From Candidatus Uhrbacteria bacterium RIFOXYB12_FULL_58_10 (GTDB taxonomy: Bacteria; Patescibacteriota; Patescibacteriia; UBA9934; GWF2-40-263): 64,000 bases of DNA. Below the pieces are notes generated by a model, which did not search any database, was not told where the DNA came from, and worked only from the letters and a program-made list of their open reading frames with translations. The stretch is taken from positions 80,828 through 144,827 of the forward strand of contig CALRBH010000001.1 of assembly GCA_943354165.1 (NCBI GenBank), in the 5' to 3' direction. Both the position numbers and the translations under genes were made by a program. Shown one piece after another: positions 34,478 through 44,793 of the stretch (positions are counted from its first letter, which is position 1; every line of letters begins with the position of its first letter).

Positions 34478-35546
34478 GGTTTCCATCGTCTACCTTTCGT
34501 ACAACTCCGTCCCGTATCTCCCGGACGTCGTGGACGCATGGGTAAAGATCGACTATCCGCGCGAGTCTCTTGAAATCGTGATCGTCGATAATGCGTCGGC
34601 CGACGGGAGCGTGGCGTGGATTCAGGAACATGTTCTTCCTCGGTCCGGTGCAGGTCTTCCCTCAATCATCTTTTTTTCACAGAAGGAGAACCTCGGATTT
34701 GCGGGTGGGTGCAATATTGGGATGGAGTACGCCATAGCGAACGGCGCTTCGTACGTCTATTTGCACAACAACGACTTGAAGCTCGATTCGGCTTCCATGA
34801 AGGAAGCGGTTTCACTCGCGGAATCAGATGCGTCCATCGGGTCCGTGCAGTCGCTCATGTGCCTGTGGCAGGATCCCTTGCGGGTTAATTCGACGGGAGG
34901 CATGGTGCACTTTCTTGGATTCGGGTTTGTGCGCGACAACGGACGGCTGCTTGCTGACTGTTCCGTTACGGATGGCGGGGAGATCGCGTACGGAAGTGGG
35001 GCAGCGACGCTCTACCGCTCTTCGTGTTTGAAAGAAGTTGGCCTGCTCGATTCGTTCTTGTGGCTCTATCACGAAGATTTGGAACTTGGCTGGCGCTTGC
35101 GGTTGGCCGGATTCAAGAACGTGCTTTCGACGAAATCGATCGCGTACCACAAGTACGAATTTCGTCGATCGACTTCGAAGATTTTTTGGATGGAGCGCAA
35201 CCGACTGCTCGTTCATCTTTCGCTATTGAAGCCTGGAACGATTATTTTGCTTGCGCCGTTTCTTTTGGCGCTTGAACCGGCTCTCATTCTGTTTTCCATC
35301 AAGGGCGGATGGTGGAAAGAAAAGTTCCGCGCGCTCGCGGCATTTTTCTCGCCGAAGCTCTGGACGTACCTGTACGAAAAACGAAAAGAAGCCCGGATGC
35401 TGCGTCGGGTGTCCGACCGAGAGATTGTAAGGATGTGGACGGGGAAGATCGTTCATCAGGAAACCTCGAATCCGCTAGTGGACCGGTTCGCGAATCCGGT
35501 GCTTGGTGGCGTCTGGGAGGTTTTGAAGAACCTGATAGTATGGTGA
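34467..35546 (+). CDS. glycosyltransferase family 2
   Basis: Start MSPKVSIVYLSYNS (overlaps the upstream stop); IVDNASADGS; NLGFAGGCNIG. Confidence 0.8.
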   Translation: MSPKVSIVYLSYNSVPYLPDVVDAWVKIDYPRESLEIVIVDNASADGSVAWIQEHVLPRSGAGLPSIIFFSQKENLGFAGGCNIGMEYAIANGASYVYLHNNDLKLDSASMKEAVSLAESDASIGSVQSLMCLWQDPLRVNSTGGMVHFLGFGFVRDNGRLLADCSVTDGGEIAYGSGAATLYRSSCLKEVGLLDSFLWLYHEDLELGWRLRLAGFKNVLSTKSIAYHKYEFRRSTSKIFWMERNRLLVHLSLLKPGTIILLAPFLLALEPALILFSIKGGWWKEKFRALAAFFSPKLWTYLYEKRKEARMLRRVSDREIVRMWTGKIVHQETSNPLVDRFANPVLGGVWEVLKNLIVW

Positions 35547-35565
35547 GATTGTAGATGTTTAGAGT

Positions 35566-35655
35566 GGGCAGGGTTTGCAGGGTGGGCAAGGGTGTAGGAA
35601 ATTTTTATAAAAAGCCATTCCATCACCCCGCCCATCCTTGCCCACCCCACAAACC
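35566..35655. repeat. long imperfect hairpin with G-tract-rich arm (GGGcaGGGtttgcaGGGtGGGcaaGGG), potential G-quadruplex / i-motif pair
   Basis: Left arm GGGTTTGCAGGGTGGGCAAGG, right arm CCTTGCCCACCCCACAAACCC; between two GT genes. Confidence 0.5.
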
Positions 35656-35666
35656 CCTCGATTCCT

Positions 35667-36845
35667 ATGAAAATCGCCCAGGTCGTCTCAACATATCCTC
35701 CCTATCATGGCGGCATGGGCCGTGTGGCGTTTGAATATACGGAACGTTTGCGGGCACACGGGAACAATGTCCACGTGTTCACGCCGCAGTATCGGAATGG
35801 TGGAGACCCCACTTCGCCAAGGCTTCGAGGGGCAGGAGATCCGGAGTATGTTCATCGCGTGCCGTCCCCGCTTACGGCGGGGAATGCGGGCGTAGTGCCG
35901 TCGCTTTTCAACCGCATGAAAGGGTTCGATGTCGTGCATCTCCATTATCCTTTTTTTGGCGGGGCCGAACCCGTTATTATTCGGAAAGCAATACGGGACG
36001 ATCAGGCGCTCGTGATGACCTATCACATGGACGCCGTGGCAGATGGCGTGCGCGGCGCCATATTTGAAGCGCATCGCCGACTGTTGTTTCCGTGGATCGT
36101 CGGACGCTGCGATCGCATCCTCGTAAGTTCCAAGGAGTATGCGCAGTCCTCTTCGCTCTCTCGCGTGCACGGAGCGCTTGAGAAGGTGGAGATCCATCCG
36201 TTCGGGATCGACCTGCAGCGATTCTCTCCCGGGAGCGAACCGGAGTTGCGCGCGCAGCTCGGGATCACGGAAGCGGTTCCTCTGATTATTTTTGTCGGCG
36301 GGTTGGATACGGCACATCACTTTAAAGGATTACCCGTGCTGCTTAAGGCTCTTGAAACTCTTTCTGCGACGAAGTGGCATCTTCTTGTGATCGGTGACGG
36401 GGACATGCAGCCTACGTTTCAGGCGAACGTGTCTGCTGGCGCCATCAAGGATCGCGTGACGTTTCTTGGAAACGTGACGGACGAGGAGCTTCCGCGCTGG
36501 TACCGTGCGGCGGACCTTCACGTGTTTCCGTCCACGGAGCGCGCAGAGGCGTTCGGGCTCGTGGCGCTCGAGGCCGCCGCGTCCGGCATTCCGTCCATCG
36601 CGTCCGCGCTTCCCGGCGTTGCTTCCGTCGTACTCGATGGAGAGACGGGGATGCTTGTCCCCCCAAACGATGCGACCGCGCTCGCGAAGGCGATCGAACT
36701 TCTGTTGCTTCGGGCCGACGTGCGCGAACGTTTCGGCATGGCCGCGCGCAAACGCGCGGAAGCGGATTTCGCGTGGGGGCCGATCATTTCGAAGCTTGAA
36801 GGGACCTACCGCTCGCTGCTCGCTACACGAACCATGCGCGTATGA
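35667..36845 (+). CDS. glycosyltransferase family 4
   Basis: MKIAQVVSTYPPYHGGMGRVAFEY; C-terminal EAFGLVALEAAASGIPSIAS. Confidence 0.85.
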   Translation: MKIAQVVSTYPPYHGGMGRVAFEYTERLRAHGNNVHVFTPQYRNGGDPTSPRLRGAGDPEYVHRVPSPLTAGNAGVVPSLFNRMKGFDVVHLHYPFFGGAEPVIIRKAIRDDQALVMTYHMDAVADGVRGAIFEAHRRLLFPWIVGRCDRILVSSKEYAQSSSLSRVHGALEKVEIHPFGIDLQRFSPGSEPELRAQLGITEAVPLIIFVGGLDTAHHFKGLPVLLKALETLSATKWHLLVIGDGDMQPTFQANVSAGAIKDRVTFLGNVTDEELPRWYRAADLHVFPSTERAEAFGLVALEAAASGIPSIASALPGVASVVLDGETGMLVPPNDATALAKAIELLLLRADVRERFGMAARKRAEADFAWGPIISKLEGTYRSLLATRTMRV

Positions 36846-38041
36846 AGATTCTCATCCTCTCAAATCTCTACCCACCGTATGCGCGCGGGGGAGCGGAACA
36901 GGTGGCCGCACGCAGCGCCGCCGAACTGTTCGTGCGCGGACACAAGGTCAGTGTCCTCTCTACTCGTCCGTACGAGGGAAGGGATTCGCTGACTGCACGC
37001 GTCATGGAACGCGATCTCGAGCCCGTGTATAGGTTTTTTCCGCTCAACCTCTATCACTCACTTAATGATCATAAACACAGTTTTCCGATACGCTGGGCCT
37101 GGCATTCGTGGGACATCGTAAATCCTCATGCGCGGTATGAGATGTTTCGCGTGCTCACGCATGTGGAACCGGACGTGGTGCTTTCGCATAACCTGAAAGG
37201 CCTTGGACTGTCCGTCATTCCGGAAATTCGCCGATTCGGGATCAGACACGTGCATGTGGTCCATGACGTGCAACTTTCCATTCCAAGCGGTCTGCTCATC
37301 AAGGGATCAGAGCATGCCTGGCCGAATCTTCCTCCGCTTCGTACGGCGTATGAGCTCGCCGTAAAGGCGACCGTCGGTTCGCCCGATGTCATTGTTTCGC
37401 CGTCCAAGTTCCTTGCGGATTTTTACAAAGCTCGCGGATTTTTTCCGAAGAGCCAAGTCGAGATTCTTCCGAATCCAGCGCCGGATTCGGGGATTCCGCT
37501 GCGCGGTCCGCGTCATCCGGGTCCGGTTCGATTACTTTTCGCGGGACAGCTTGAAGACCACAAGGGCATTCGGTTTCTTTTGCGCGCTCTCGAGAAATGG
37601 GGACAGCCGTTCGAGCTTCATGTTGCCGGCGAGGGCGTTCTTTCGCCGATGGTGAAGTCATGGGCCATGCGTGACAAGCGCGTGAAGTACCACGGATACG
37701 TTTCCTTCGGGCACCTCGTGAAGTTGTTCGCGATCTGCGATGCGGTGACGGTGCCGTCGCTCTGCTACGAAAATTCTCCCACGGTGATCTATGAGAGTCA
37801 GCGCGCCGGACTTCCGGTGATCGGGGCGAATATCGGTGGAATCGGTGAGCTGGTGGAGCATGGACGTAACGGACTGCTTTTTGAAGCCGGGAATGAGAAG
37901 CAACTGCTTGCGACGCTCGATCTGTTCGTGAAGGAGCAGACCGTGTGGCGCGGACGAGACGCAAACATCCGTGATGGGGTTGAACCGTATGCGCTCGGAC
38001 ACTATGTGGATAAGCTTGAACAGTTGATGAAACCTGTATGA
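36842..38041 (+). CDS. glycosyltransferase family 4
   Basis: MKILILSNLYPPYARGGAEQVAA; C-terminal ENSPTVIYESQRAGLPVIGANIGG. Confidence 0.85.
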   Translation: MKILILSNLYPPYARGGAEQVAARSAAELFVRGHKVSVLSTRPYEGRDSLTARVMERDLEPVYRFFPLNLYHSLNDHKHSFPIRWAWHSWDIVNPHARYEMFRVLTHVEPDVVLSHNLKGLGLSVIPEIRRFGIRHVHVVHDVQLSIPSGLLIKGSEHAWPNLPPLRTAYELAVKATVGSPDVIVSPSKFLADFYKARGFFPKSQVEILPNPAPDSGIPLRGPRHPGPVRLLFAGQLEDHKGIRFLLRALEKWGQPFELHVAGEGVLSPMVKSWAMRDKRVKYHGYVSFGHLVKLFAICDAVTVPSLCYENSPTVIYESQRAGLPVIGANIGGIGELVEHGRNGLLFEAGNEKQLLATLDLFVKEQTVWRGRDANIRDGVEPYALGHYVDKLEQLMKPV

Positions 38042-38715
38042 AGTCTTTCAAGGCATGGCTGTGGGCTTGGCCAGACGGTGTTGTGTGGAAAGCGACGCGC
38101 AAGGCGTCGATCGCTTCCCGCAAGAGGAAGTTCGAGCTGTTCATGGAACACATGAAGCCCGGCGCCGAAACGACCGTGCTCGACGTTGGCGTGTCCGGCG
38201 CGGCCACGGACAATCGCGGGGAGAATTTTTTGGAGGAATGGTATGCCTTCCCGAGGCGCATCACCGCGCTTGGGGTCGATGACCTGTCTAAGTTTCAGGA
38301 GCGATATCCGTGCGTCCAGGTCGTCTCCGGAGACGGGAAGTCGCTTCCGTTTTCCGACAAGTCGTTTGACATCGTCTTTTCAAATGCCGTCATTGAGCAT
38401 GTGGGCGATGCGGAGAACCAGAAAAAATTCGTCGCGGAATGCCTTCGTGCAGGGAAGCGCGTGTTTCTTACTACTCCCGCGCGAACGTTTCCGCTCGAAG
38501 CGCATACGATGATCCCGTTCGTCCACTGGCTTCCGCGATCGCTTCGCAATTCCATCTATCGAAAACTCGGCCGCGTTCATGAAGGAACCGGCGACAACCT
38601 CGTCCTCTTAAGCGGCCGCTCGCTGCGCGCCGTTTTTCCGCGTGACGCCAAGGTGAAGATCGTCCGCCAGCGGATGCTTGGGATGACGACCGTGCTTATT
38701 GCGATCGCGGAGTAG
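38038..38715 (+). CDS. class I SAM-dependent methyltransferase
   Basis: VLDVGVSGAATD (motif I), FDIVFSNAVIEHV (Methyltransf_11-like). Confidence 0.72.
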   Translation: MKSFKAWLWAWPDGVVWKATRKASIASRKRKFELFMEHMKPGAETTVLDVGVSGAATDNRGENFLEEWYAFPRRITALGVDDLSKFQERYPCVQVVSGDGKSLPFSDKSFDIVFSNAVIEHVGDAENQKKFVAECLRAGKRVFLTTPARTFPLEAHTMIPFVHWLPRSLRNSIYRKLGRVHEGTGDNLVLLSGRSLRAVFPRDAKVKIVRQRMLGMTTVLIAIAE

Positions 38716-40882
38716 TCATATCAAACCTGAACACGGTGATCGCCCCGTTATCGATCGCGAACCAGTCGTCGGCGATGTTCTTTGAGGTCTCCACGATGCG
38801 GTTGCTCTGCCACCAGTACTCGTTTACGGCAGAGAAGACGAATTCTACGGGAGACTGTACGCACGTCGGGGAGGCGTCGCATTGTGCGTTCAGAAGTTTT
38901 GCTGCTTCCTCAGCGATCTCGCGGGACGGGGCGTCGTTCATCTTGAGGAAGAGGGAATAGAGCTCGCCACCGGTTGGGATCGGATAGAAGAATGCGTCGC
39001 CATAGTAGCGGGTGAAGCCGAGGGTACGGACCGCCGCCGCGGAAACCGTCTGGTTGGCGAGGACCGCATAGGGCCTGCCGCCCGCCGCGCGGTCGATCTC
39101 GTAGACCGCGTTCACATCGCTCTGCGAGGTGTTGAAGGCGCGGCCACGTTCGTGGGCGTCGTTCCGTGGATAGGCCATGTACAGGAGGGAGGTCGCGGCT
39201 CCGGCTATGAGCACGATGCTCCCGATGCGCATGAGGAGACCGCGGTGTTGCGCGCGCACAAGAAGCGTTCCGAGGATGGCGAGGAACCCCGGGGCCGCAA
39301 AGAAAACAGCGAGCGGGATCAGACGCTGCGCGTAGTTTTGGCGTTCGTAATCTATCAGGAACGAGAAGTCCACGGCGGTCGAAAGCAGTAAATAGTTCAC
39401 AAGAAGGATTCCTGCGACGGCGATGCCGGGGAAGAGCGCGCGGCGCCACGGTTTCTTAACGACAAACGTCACGAAGGCCGCACACAGGATGAGCGGAACC
39501 ATGTTCTTGCCCACCAGATATGCGGCGTCGAGAAGCGGGCGGAATCCGTTTTTCAGGAACAGGCCGAGGTTGAGCGAAGCGATGAGGGTCGTTGGATTGA
39601 GGCGCGAAAGGTCGAGCCCGGTGCCTGTGTGGGCGAGGAGGGCGTTCGCGATAAACGACGCCGGCAACAGCATCGCTCCTGTGACGATGATGACGATACG
39701 GAAGGCTTGCGCGAGTCTGGGTGTGCGCGAACGCGTTGGATCGCTCAAGAGGATGCAGACGTAGAGCAGGGTGGGAATCCCGGCGATCGGATGAATGGCA
39801 CAGGCGGCCACGGCGGGAATAAGAAGCATGAACGGCCGCGGGCGTTCCTTGCCCGCAAGAGCGGGGAGTGAGGCGAGAACGGTAGCGAGCGCGAGGAGGT
39901 TGGCGATCCCTTGGGGTGTGGTTGGAATCAGTGTGACGAATGGGAGCAGAAGCAATCCCGCCGTTCCAGCCATGGCCGCTCGTCGATCAGGGAGGATATG
40001 CGAGAGTCCTAGATACGCAAGCGCCGGCAAAAGGAGAGCGGCAAGAATTGGGAGCAGCCACGGATCAAGTACGTCGACGGGAACACGAAAGGCCATCGAG
40101 ATGATTGTTTCGAAGGCGTAGGCTCCCGCATAATACAGCGGCTTTGGAGAAATGGTTCCGTGATCGATGATGTGTGTGACGGTCGCACGATGAAGAAACG
40201 GATCGAATCCGTAGCCGATGGGAAATAGGATGATGCCCGCGCCAAGCACGGTGACGATGAGTCCCGAAAGCAGCATCAACGACATCCATTTTTCGCGTCC
40301 ACGGACGAGGAGGGTCACGACTCCTATCGATGCAAGAAAGAATGCGGCGAGCGCGCCTGCCGTCCCGGCGGTCCAGGCGGTACGTACGCTTTCCGCGGTG
40401 GCAAGCGCGGCGAGGGTGTGGAACGTAAAGGCAAGTGCCGCCATCACTCCGGCACTTACGAGCAGAACTGGTCCCGGAACCCGGTGCGCGGACGCAGGCA
40501 TTCGATCATGCCGTCGCGCGATGAATCCGCGAGGCACGTTTCTCGCGAGGAGGGCCGTGAGCGGAACGCTGAGCGCGACGAATCCAATCGCCATGTCTTT
40601 GGTGAAGGGAAACAGATAATACCAGGCGGCTCCTATGATAAGGATTCCGCCAAGGGTGATCAACATGCCGGCCCCTGTGCGCAACAGAGGGGATTCTTCA
40701 GGGGCAACACGGGTTCCAAGGAGCCACCCCATGGCGAGGAGCCATACGCACGCAAGGACAGCTCCAAGCGCCAGCGGGCCTCCATAAAATGCGTTTATGA
40801 GGAAAACCCCTAGAAAAACAACAGAAATTATGGTACGTTCTACATGAGGGAACCGCATATGGTCAGAGTGTACCGTGTGCAC
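38696..40882 (-). CDS. large polytopic membrane protein with C-terminal soluble domain (hypothetical; possibly polysaccharide-related)
   Basis: ~15 TM helices then ~250-aa hydrophilic domain; the start at 40882 is a GTG (alternative ATG at 40858); convergent 20-nt overlap with the methyltransferase gene. Confidence 0.5.
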   Translation of the reverse strand: MHTVHSDHMRFPHVERTIISVVFLGVFLINAFYGGPLALGAVLACVWLLAMGWLLGTRVAPEESPLLRTGAGMLITLGGILIIGAAWYYLFPFTKDMAIGFVALSVPLTALLARNVPRGFIARRHDRMPASAHRVPGPVLLVSAGVMAALAFTFHTLAALATAESVRTAWTAGTAGALAAFFLASIGVVTLLVRGREKWMSLMLLSGLIVTVLGAGIILFPIGYGFDPFLHRATVTHIIDHGTISPKPLYYAGAYAFETIISMAFRVPVDVLDPWLLPILAALLLPALAYLGLSHILPDRRAAMAGTAGLLLLPFVTLIPTTPQGIANLLALATVLASLPALAGKERPRPFMLLIPAVAACAIHPIAGIPTLLYVCILLSDPTRSRTPRLAQAFRIVIIVTGAMLLPASFIANALLAHTGTGLDLSRLNPTTLIASLNLGLFLKNGFRPLLDAAYLVGKNMVPLILCAAFVTFVVKKPWRRALFPGIAVAGILLVNYLLLSTAVDFSFLIDYERQNYAQRLIPLAVFFAAPGFLAILGTLLVRAQHRGLLMRIGSIVLIAGAATSLLYMAYPRNDAHERGRAFNTSQSDVNAVYEIDRAAGGRPYAVLANQTVSAAAVRTLGFTRYYGDAFFYPIPTGGELYSLFLKMNDAPSREIAEEAAKLLNAQCDASPTCVQSPVEFVFSAVNEYWWQSNRIVETSKNIADDWFAIDNGAITVFRFDMTTPRSQ

Positions 40883-40897
40883 GTCTCCTAGTCACTC

Positions 40898-41470
40898 ATG
40901 CGCAATCCATTAACCCCTTATCCGCACGACCGGCTCATGGCGGCTCTCGTGCTGCCGTTTATCCCCAAGTGGGTGACGCCAAACATGGTCACCATTTTTC
41001 GGTTCCTGCTTATCCCGTTCGTCGTCTGGCGGATCTATCTCGGGGATTACGCCACAGGACTTCCCTTGTTCGTATTCGCGGCTTTTACAGACGTCATTGA
41101 CGGTTCCGTCGCAAGGTTGCGCAATCAAGTCACGACTTGGGGAACGTTCTACGATCCACTCGCGGACAAGCTTCTCATCGCCCCCGTCGCCCTACTCGTG
41201 GTGACACGTCACGCGTCATTCGACCTCGCGCTCGTGATGGCCCTTTTTGAAATATTGATCGGGATCGGTGCCGTAGTATGGAGGCGTCGCGGCCAGCAGG
41301 TGAGTGCGAATAATTACGGAAAAACAAAAATGGTGTTGCAGGTCGTGGGCGTTTCCCTGCTGATCATCTCCGTTCTGTTCTCCGTTCCCCTTGCCGCCAA
41401 TCTAGGAGTGCTGCTTCTGTTCGCCTCCATTGGGTGTGCCGTGGTAAGCCTGTTCACGTATGGGATTTAG
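40898..41470 (+). CDS. CDP-alcohol phosphatidyltransferase family protein
   Basis: DVIDGSVARLRNQVTTWGTFYDPLADK matches D-G-x2-A-R-x8-G-x3-D-x3-D. Confidence 0.8.
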   Translation: MRNPLTPYPHDRLMAALVLPFIPKWVTPNMVTIFRFLLIPFVVWRIYLGDYATGLPLFVFAAFTDVIDGSVARLRNQVTTWGTFYDPLADKLLIAPVALLVVTRHASFDLALVMALFEILIGIGAVVWRRRGQQVSANNYGKTKMVLQVVGVSLLIISVLFSVPLAANLGVLLLFASIGCAVVSLFTYGI

Positions 41471-43124
41471 CAAGCCGGCCGCAACGGCTCTTGTCGTTTG
41501 CGTGGCCATCGTCGCGCTGCTCGGTTCTTTTTCGCTGTTTACGAACGAGCGCACGTTCGTCTCTCCGGATGAAAATGCCAATTATTTTTTTACACACACC
41601 TTTTTTCAGACGGGGAGGCTTTCCGCTCATGAGTCGCTGGGCGCGGACTTGGACGATGCCTTGCATCCACGTTCCATGGTTTCGCGTGAAGGGTCCCTCA
41701 TGCCCGTAAGTTTTCTTGGATTGCTCGTCACGTATGGTGCGGTCGCCAAGCTTTTTGGAATGGGGATCGTGCCTTTTCTTACACCCTTTCTGTTTGTGTG
41801 CTCCATTTTTGCGTTCCGTGCGCTCATGAACCGCCTGTTCGACCGGGATACGGCGCTCGTGGCCACTGTGTTGTATGCGTTCCATCCAGCCATGTGGTAT
41901 TACGCCGCCCGCGCGATGATGCATAACGTGCCATTTACCGTGCTCCTCGTGTTCGCGGCGTACGTGCTCGTGTGCAAGCCGTTCGCCCATAAGTTTTCCA
42001 AGGATCGTTTCGCGGCCTTTGCGGACGCTGGACTTTCTGGCCTGCTGGTGGGAACGGCGCTTTTTTTCCGTACGTCCGAGATCATCTGGATGTTTCTCGC
42101 GGTCGTCGTCGCGCTTGTCGCGTCACGCGTGCGGTTTACGTCGCGTCGCGTAGTGGTATTTGTCTTCGGCGTTGTTCTCGGCCTCGTTCCCATGCTGTTC
42201 TTCAACGCCTCCACCTACGGATCCCCGTTTACGTTCGGGTATACCGTGACTCCGCTTTCCGGCAGCTCGAACCCCCTCCAACTCCCCCTCCGAGAGGGGG
42301 AGGGTTCGATGGCGATGCCTGAGGTGGATCCGCCGGAACGGATCGGGGCGTTTCCGTTTGGCCTCCACCCGCGTGCAACGCTTGTGCATCTTTCGGAATA
42401 TGGATTCGGGCTGTTTTGGTGGCTCACGATCCTCGCGGCCGGCGGGATGATCATCTTGCTGCAGTCGCGTGACGCATCGCCTGAGCAGAATCAGCTGCGC
42501 AAGGCGTACGGCGCGTTCTTTATCGTCTCGGCCGGCTATCTCGCGCTCATGTATGGGAGTTGGACCATCCGGGACAATCCGGACCCCACGGCCATCACCA
42601 TCGGCAATTCCTACGTGCGCTACTGGCTGCCGGCGTACGTGTTGTCCGTTCCGCTCGCGGCCGTCTGCATCATGTGGATTTCCCGGCGACTGCTCACTCC
42701 TGCGCGCCGAGCGCTTGTGGCGAGCGCTCTTACGCTCATGTGCGTAGCCCTCAGTGTCGCTACGGTGTTTTACACGAAAGGCGATGGGCTGATCGACGCG
42801 CGGAAGACGCTCGCGGAAACCGCTTCCATCCGTGGGCAGCTGCTCAACCTCACGGAATCCGATTCGGTGATCATCGCGGACCGGGCGGACAAGTTCCTGT
42901 TTCCGTACCGACGGGTCGTGACGCCGTTGCGCGATGAGCACACATACTCGCTCATGCCGCGCATCGTCCTGCGCGTTCCGCTCTACTATTACGGCGTGAC
43001 GTTCCCGGAGAAGGACTTGGAATACTTGAACACCGAAAAGCTTCCGCCCCTCGGGCTGCAGATTGAGGAGCTTCGATCGTTCAAGGCGGAAACGCTTTAC
43101 CGCATTTATCGCTTGCCTTCATGA
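41460..43124 (+). CDS. GT-C fold glycosyltransferase (ArnT/PMT-like, family 39/83-type)
   Basis: ~11 TM; first periplasmic loop SPDENANYF (DE motif); overlaps the upstream stop. Confidence 0.6.
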   Translation: MGFSKPAATALVVCVAIVALLGSFSLFTNERTFVSPDENANYFFTHTFFQTGRLSAHESLGADLDDALHPRSMVSREGSLMPVSFLGLLVTYGAVAKLFGMGIVPFLTPFLFVCSIFAFRALMNRLFDRDTALVATVLYAFHPAMWYYAARAMMHNVPFTVLLVFAAYVLVCKPFAHKFSKDRFAAFADAGLSGLLVGTALFFRTSEIIWMFLAVVVALVASRVRFTSRRVVVFVFGVVLGLVPMLFFNASTYGSPFTFGYTVTPLSGSSNPLQLPLREGEGSMAMPEVDPPERIGAFPFGLHPRATLVHLSEYGFGLFWWLTILAAGGMIILLQSRDASPEQNQLRKAYGAFFIVSAGYLALMYGSWTIRDNPDPTAITIGNSYVRYWLPAYVLSVPLAAVCIMWISRRLLTPARRALVASALTLMCVALSVATVFYTKGDGLIDARKTLAETASIRGQLLNLTESDSVIIADRADKFLFPYRRVVTPLRDEHTYSLMPRIVLRVPLYYYGVTFPEKDLEYLNTEKLPPLGLQIEELRSFKAETLYRIYRLPS

Positions 43125-44596
43125 AGTCCATCCGTGCGATTCAGGCTTTGATCATTCTTGTCCCCGTCATCCTGTTCGGCTGGCTGCTTTGGCAGGAGCT
43201 CGTCCCGACGGGCACGTTTATCATGGAGCGAGTCGCAGGAACGGCCTCGCCGTTTATTGATCGATTGCTTCCGGACGGACGCGTGCAGCTCGCTGATCCT
43301 CATTCCGCTCGTCCTACGGATACCATCACGGGCGACCCTGCGTTCTTTTTCGTCCATCCGCACCGCGGATTTGAATCCGGCGAGGTGGAAATTCGTTTTC
43401 AGAATACGGGCGTGCCCATCGTTGAGTTTGGTGGACTGGCGCGCGAAGAAGGACAGGTCTATGACCTCACGCCCATTCAGAACCGGCTGATCGACACCTC
43501 CACATGGACGCGTCATGAAGAACAAGGAATCACTCTTCTTGAGCGCGAGCCGAAGTTCGCGACGATCGCTGATTTTCTTGCGAACCCTCCGCCGCGCCAT
43601 GAGATTTCCACCTATCACTATCGACTCGCCCGCGCGTACCGGATGCCCGGGTATGTCGCACAAGGAGGCACCAGGAACATCGACGTTTCTTTGCGCGGAT
43701 TTCATGAATTCGAAACGTACCTGAAGAACGAGCCGCTTTCGTTCACGTTTTCTTATACGGATGAGAACCGCGGGGAAGGGCCGGACCCGTTTGAGGTGAT
43801 CGTCTTCAATGAGAACAACGAAGCCGTGACGGACGTCCATGTGGCGGATGACGGAAATACAGGCGATGATGCGCGGCCTTCCAGAATACGCACCGCGACC
43901 GTTTCGCTCGCATTGGTTCCGGAAGGGACGTACAAACTTGAGATACGGGTTGGCACGGACATTTTTTTGAGATCGATTCAGACAAGCGCGAACAAGCTCG
44001 TCGCGATGAACACCATCATTCTCGGAGATGAGGTTGGCTACAAGCCCGTGCCGTCGAGCGTGCGGATGTGGACGGAGTCGAAGACGCTCGCGTTTGAGAC
44101 GACGCACGCGGAAGGGGTGCAGTCGGTGGAGGTTGGGGCGAACGCCGTTGCTCTCGCGACGCCATTTACGCGCGTGGAATACGACGTGAAGGAATCCGGC
44201 GTCGTGCGCATTACGGTTCCGAAGGGCGATGCGCGCGTGTTCGGCGACGGACATTATGCGTTTGCCCCGGACCAGTTTTTCAATCCGGATCCTGTACGTC
44301 TGAACGCCACCACGAATCTTGATCGGCTCGGGGTAAACTATGTCATCGCCGCCTATACTCCGCCTGTGAAGGACCCTTCGACAAGCTCAGGGCAGGGAGG
44401 GGAATGGCTCGTGGCGCGCGTTCCGTTTAACACAGAAGGACTCGTTCAACTGAACGGCACCTGGAAATTTGCGTTCTCGCTTCCGGGAATCGAGCGGACA
44501 GGCGGCGCGGTGAACGTCCGATCCGTCTCGTTCACCATGCACCGGGCTCCTCTCACCATCTCTGTATTGATGACCCTGATCCGTTCGCGCTTATGA
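43121..44596 (+). CDS. hypothetical membrane-anchored extracytoplasmic protein
   Basis: N-terminal TM ALIILVPVILFGWLLW; 450-aa beta-rich ectodomain; translationally coupled to the GT-C. Confidence 0.5.
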   Translation: MKSIRAIQALIILVPVILFGWLLWQELVPTGTFIMERVAGTASPFIDRLLPDGRVQLADPHSARPTDTITGDPAFFFVHPHRGFESGEVEIRFQNTGVPIVEFGGLAREEGQVYDLTPIQNRLIDTSTWTRHEEQGITLLEREPKFATIADFLANPPPRHEISTYHYRLARAYRMPGYVAQGGTRNIDVSLRGFHEFETYLKNEPLSFTFSYTDENRGEGPDPFEVIVFNENNEAVTDVHVADDGNTGDDARPSRIRTATVSLALVPEGTYKLEIRVGTDIFLRSIQTSANKLVAMNTIILGDEVGYKPVPSSVRMWTESKTLAFETTHAEGVQSVEVGANAVALATPFTRVEYDVKESGVVRITVPKGDARVFGDGHYAFAPDQFFNPDPVRLNATTNLDRLGVNYVIAAYTPPVKDPSTSSGQGGEWLVARVPFNTEGLVQLNGTWKFAFSLPGIERTGGAVNVRSVSFTMHRAPLTISVLMTLIRSRL

Positions 44597-44793
44597 AACC
44601 GTTCACGCTTCGTCTCATCGCTACGTTGTTCCGCGTAAGTGCCCTCTCGTACGTTTTATTCTGGGCGGCAGATGCGATGAGGCCAGGGTTTGTGTCACGA
44701 TACGTCTCCGTCCACTTGTTCGGGTTGCTTGCGCTTGTGTTCGGAACCCTTTTTGCGGTATATGGAGAGGACGTTGGGGGTCGTAGTAAGTAG
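44593..44793 (+). CDS. small 2-TM membrane protein
   Basis: 66 aa, overlapping start with the upstream gene. Confidence 0.4.
   Translation: MKPFTLRLIATLFRVSALSYVLFWAADAMRPGFVSRYVSVHLFGLLALVFGTLFAVYGEDVGGRSK

Noticed and set aside
35456-35650. 64-aa minus-strand ORF in the GT2/GT4 spacer.
   Set aside because: It lies inside the long G-tract hairpin (35566..35655) and has no RBS, so it is more plausibly structural DNA/RNA.
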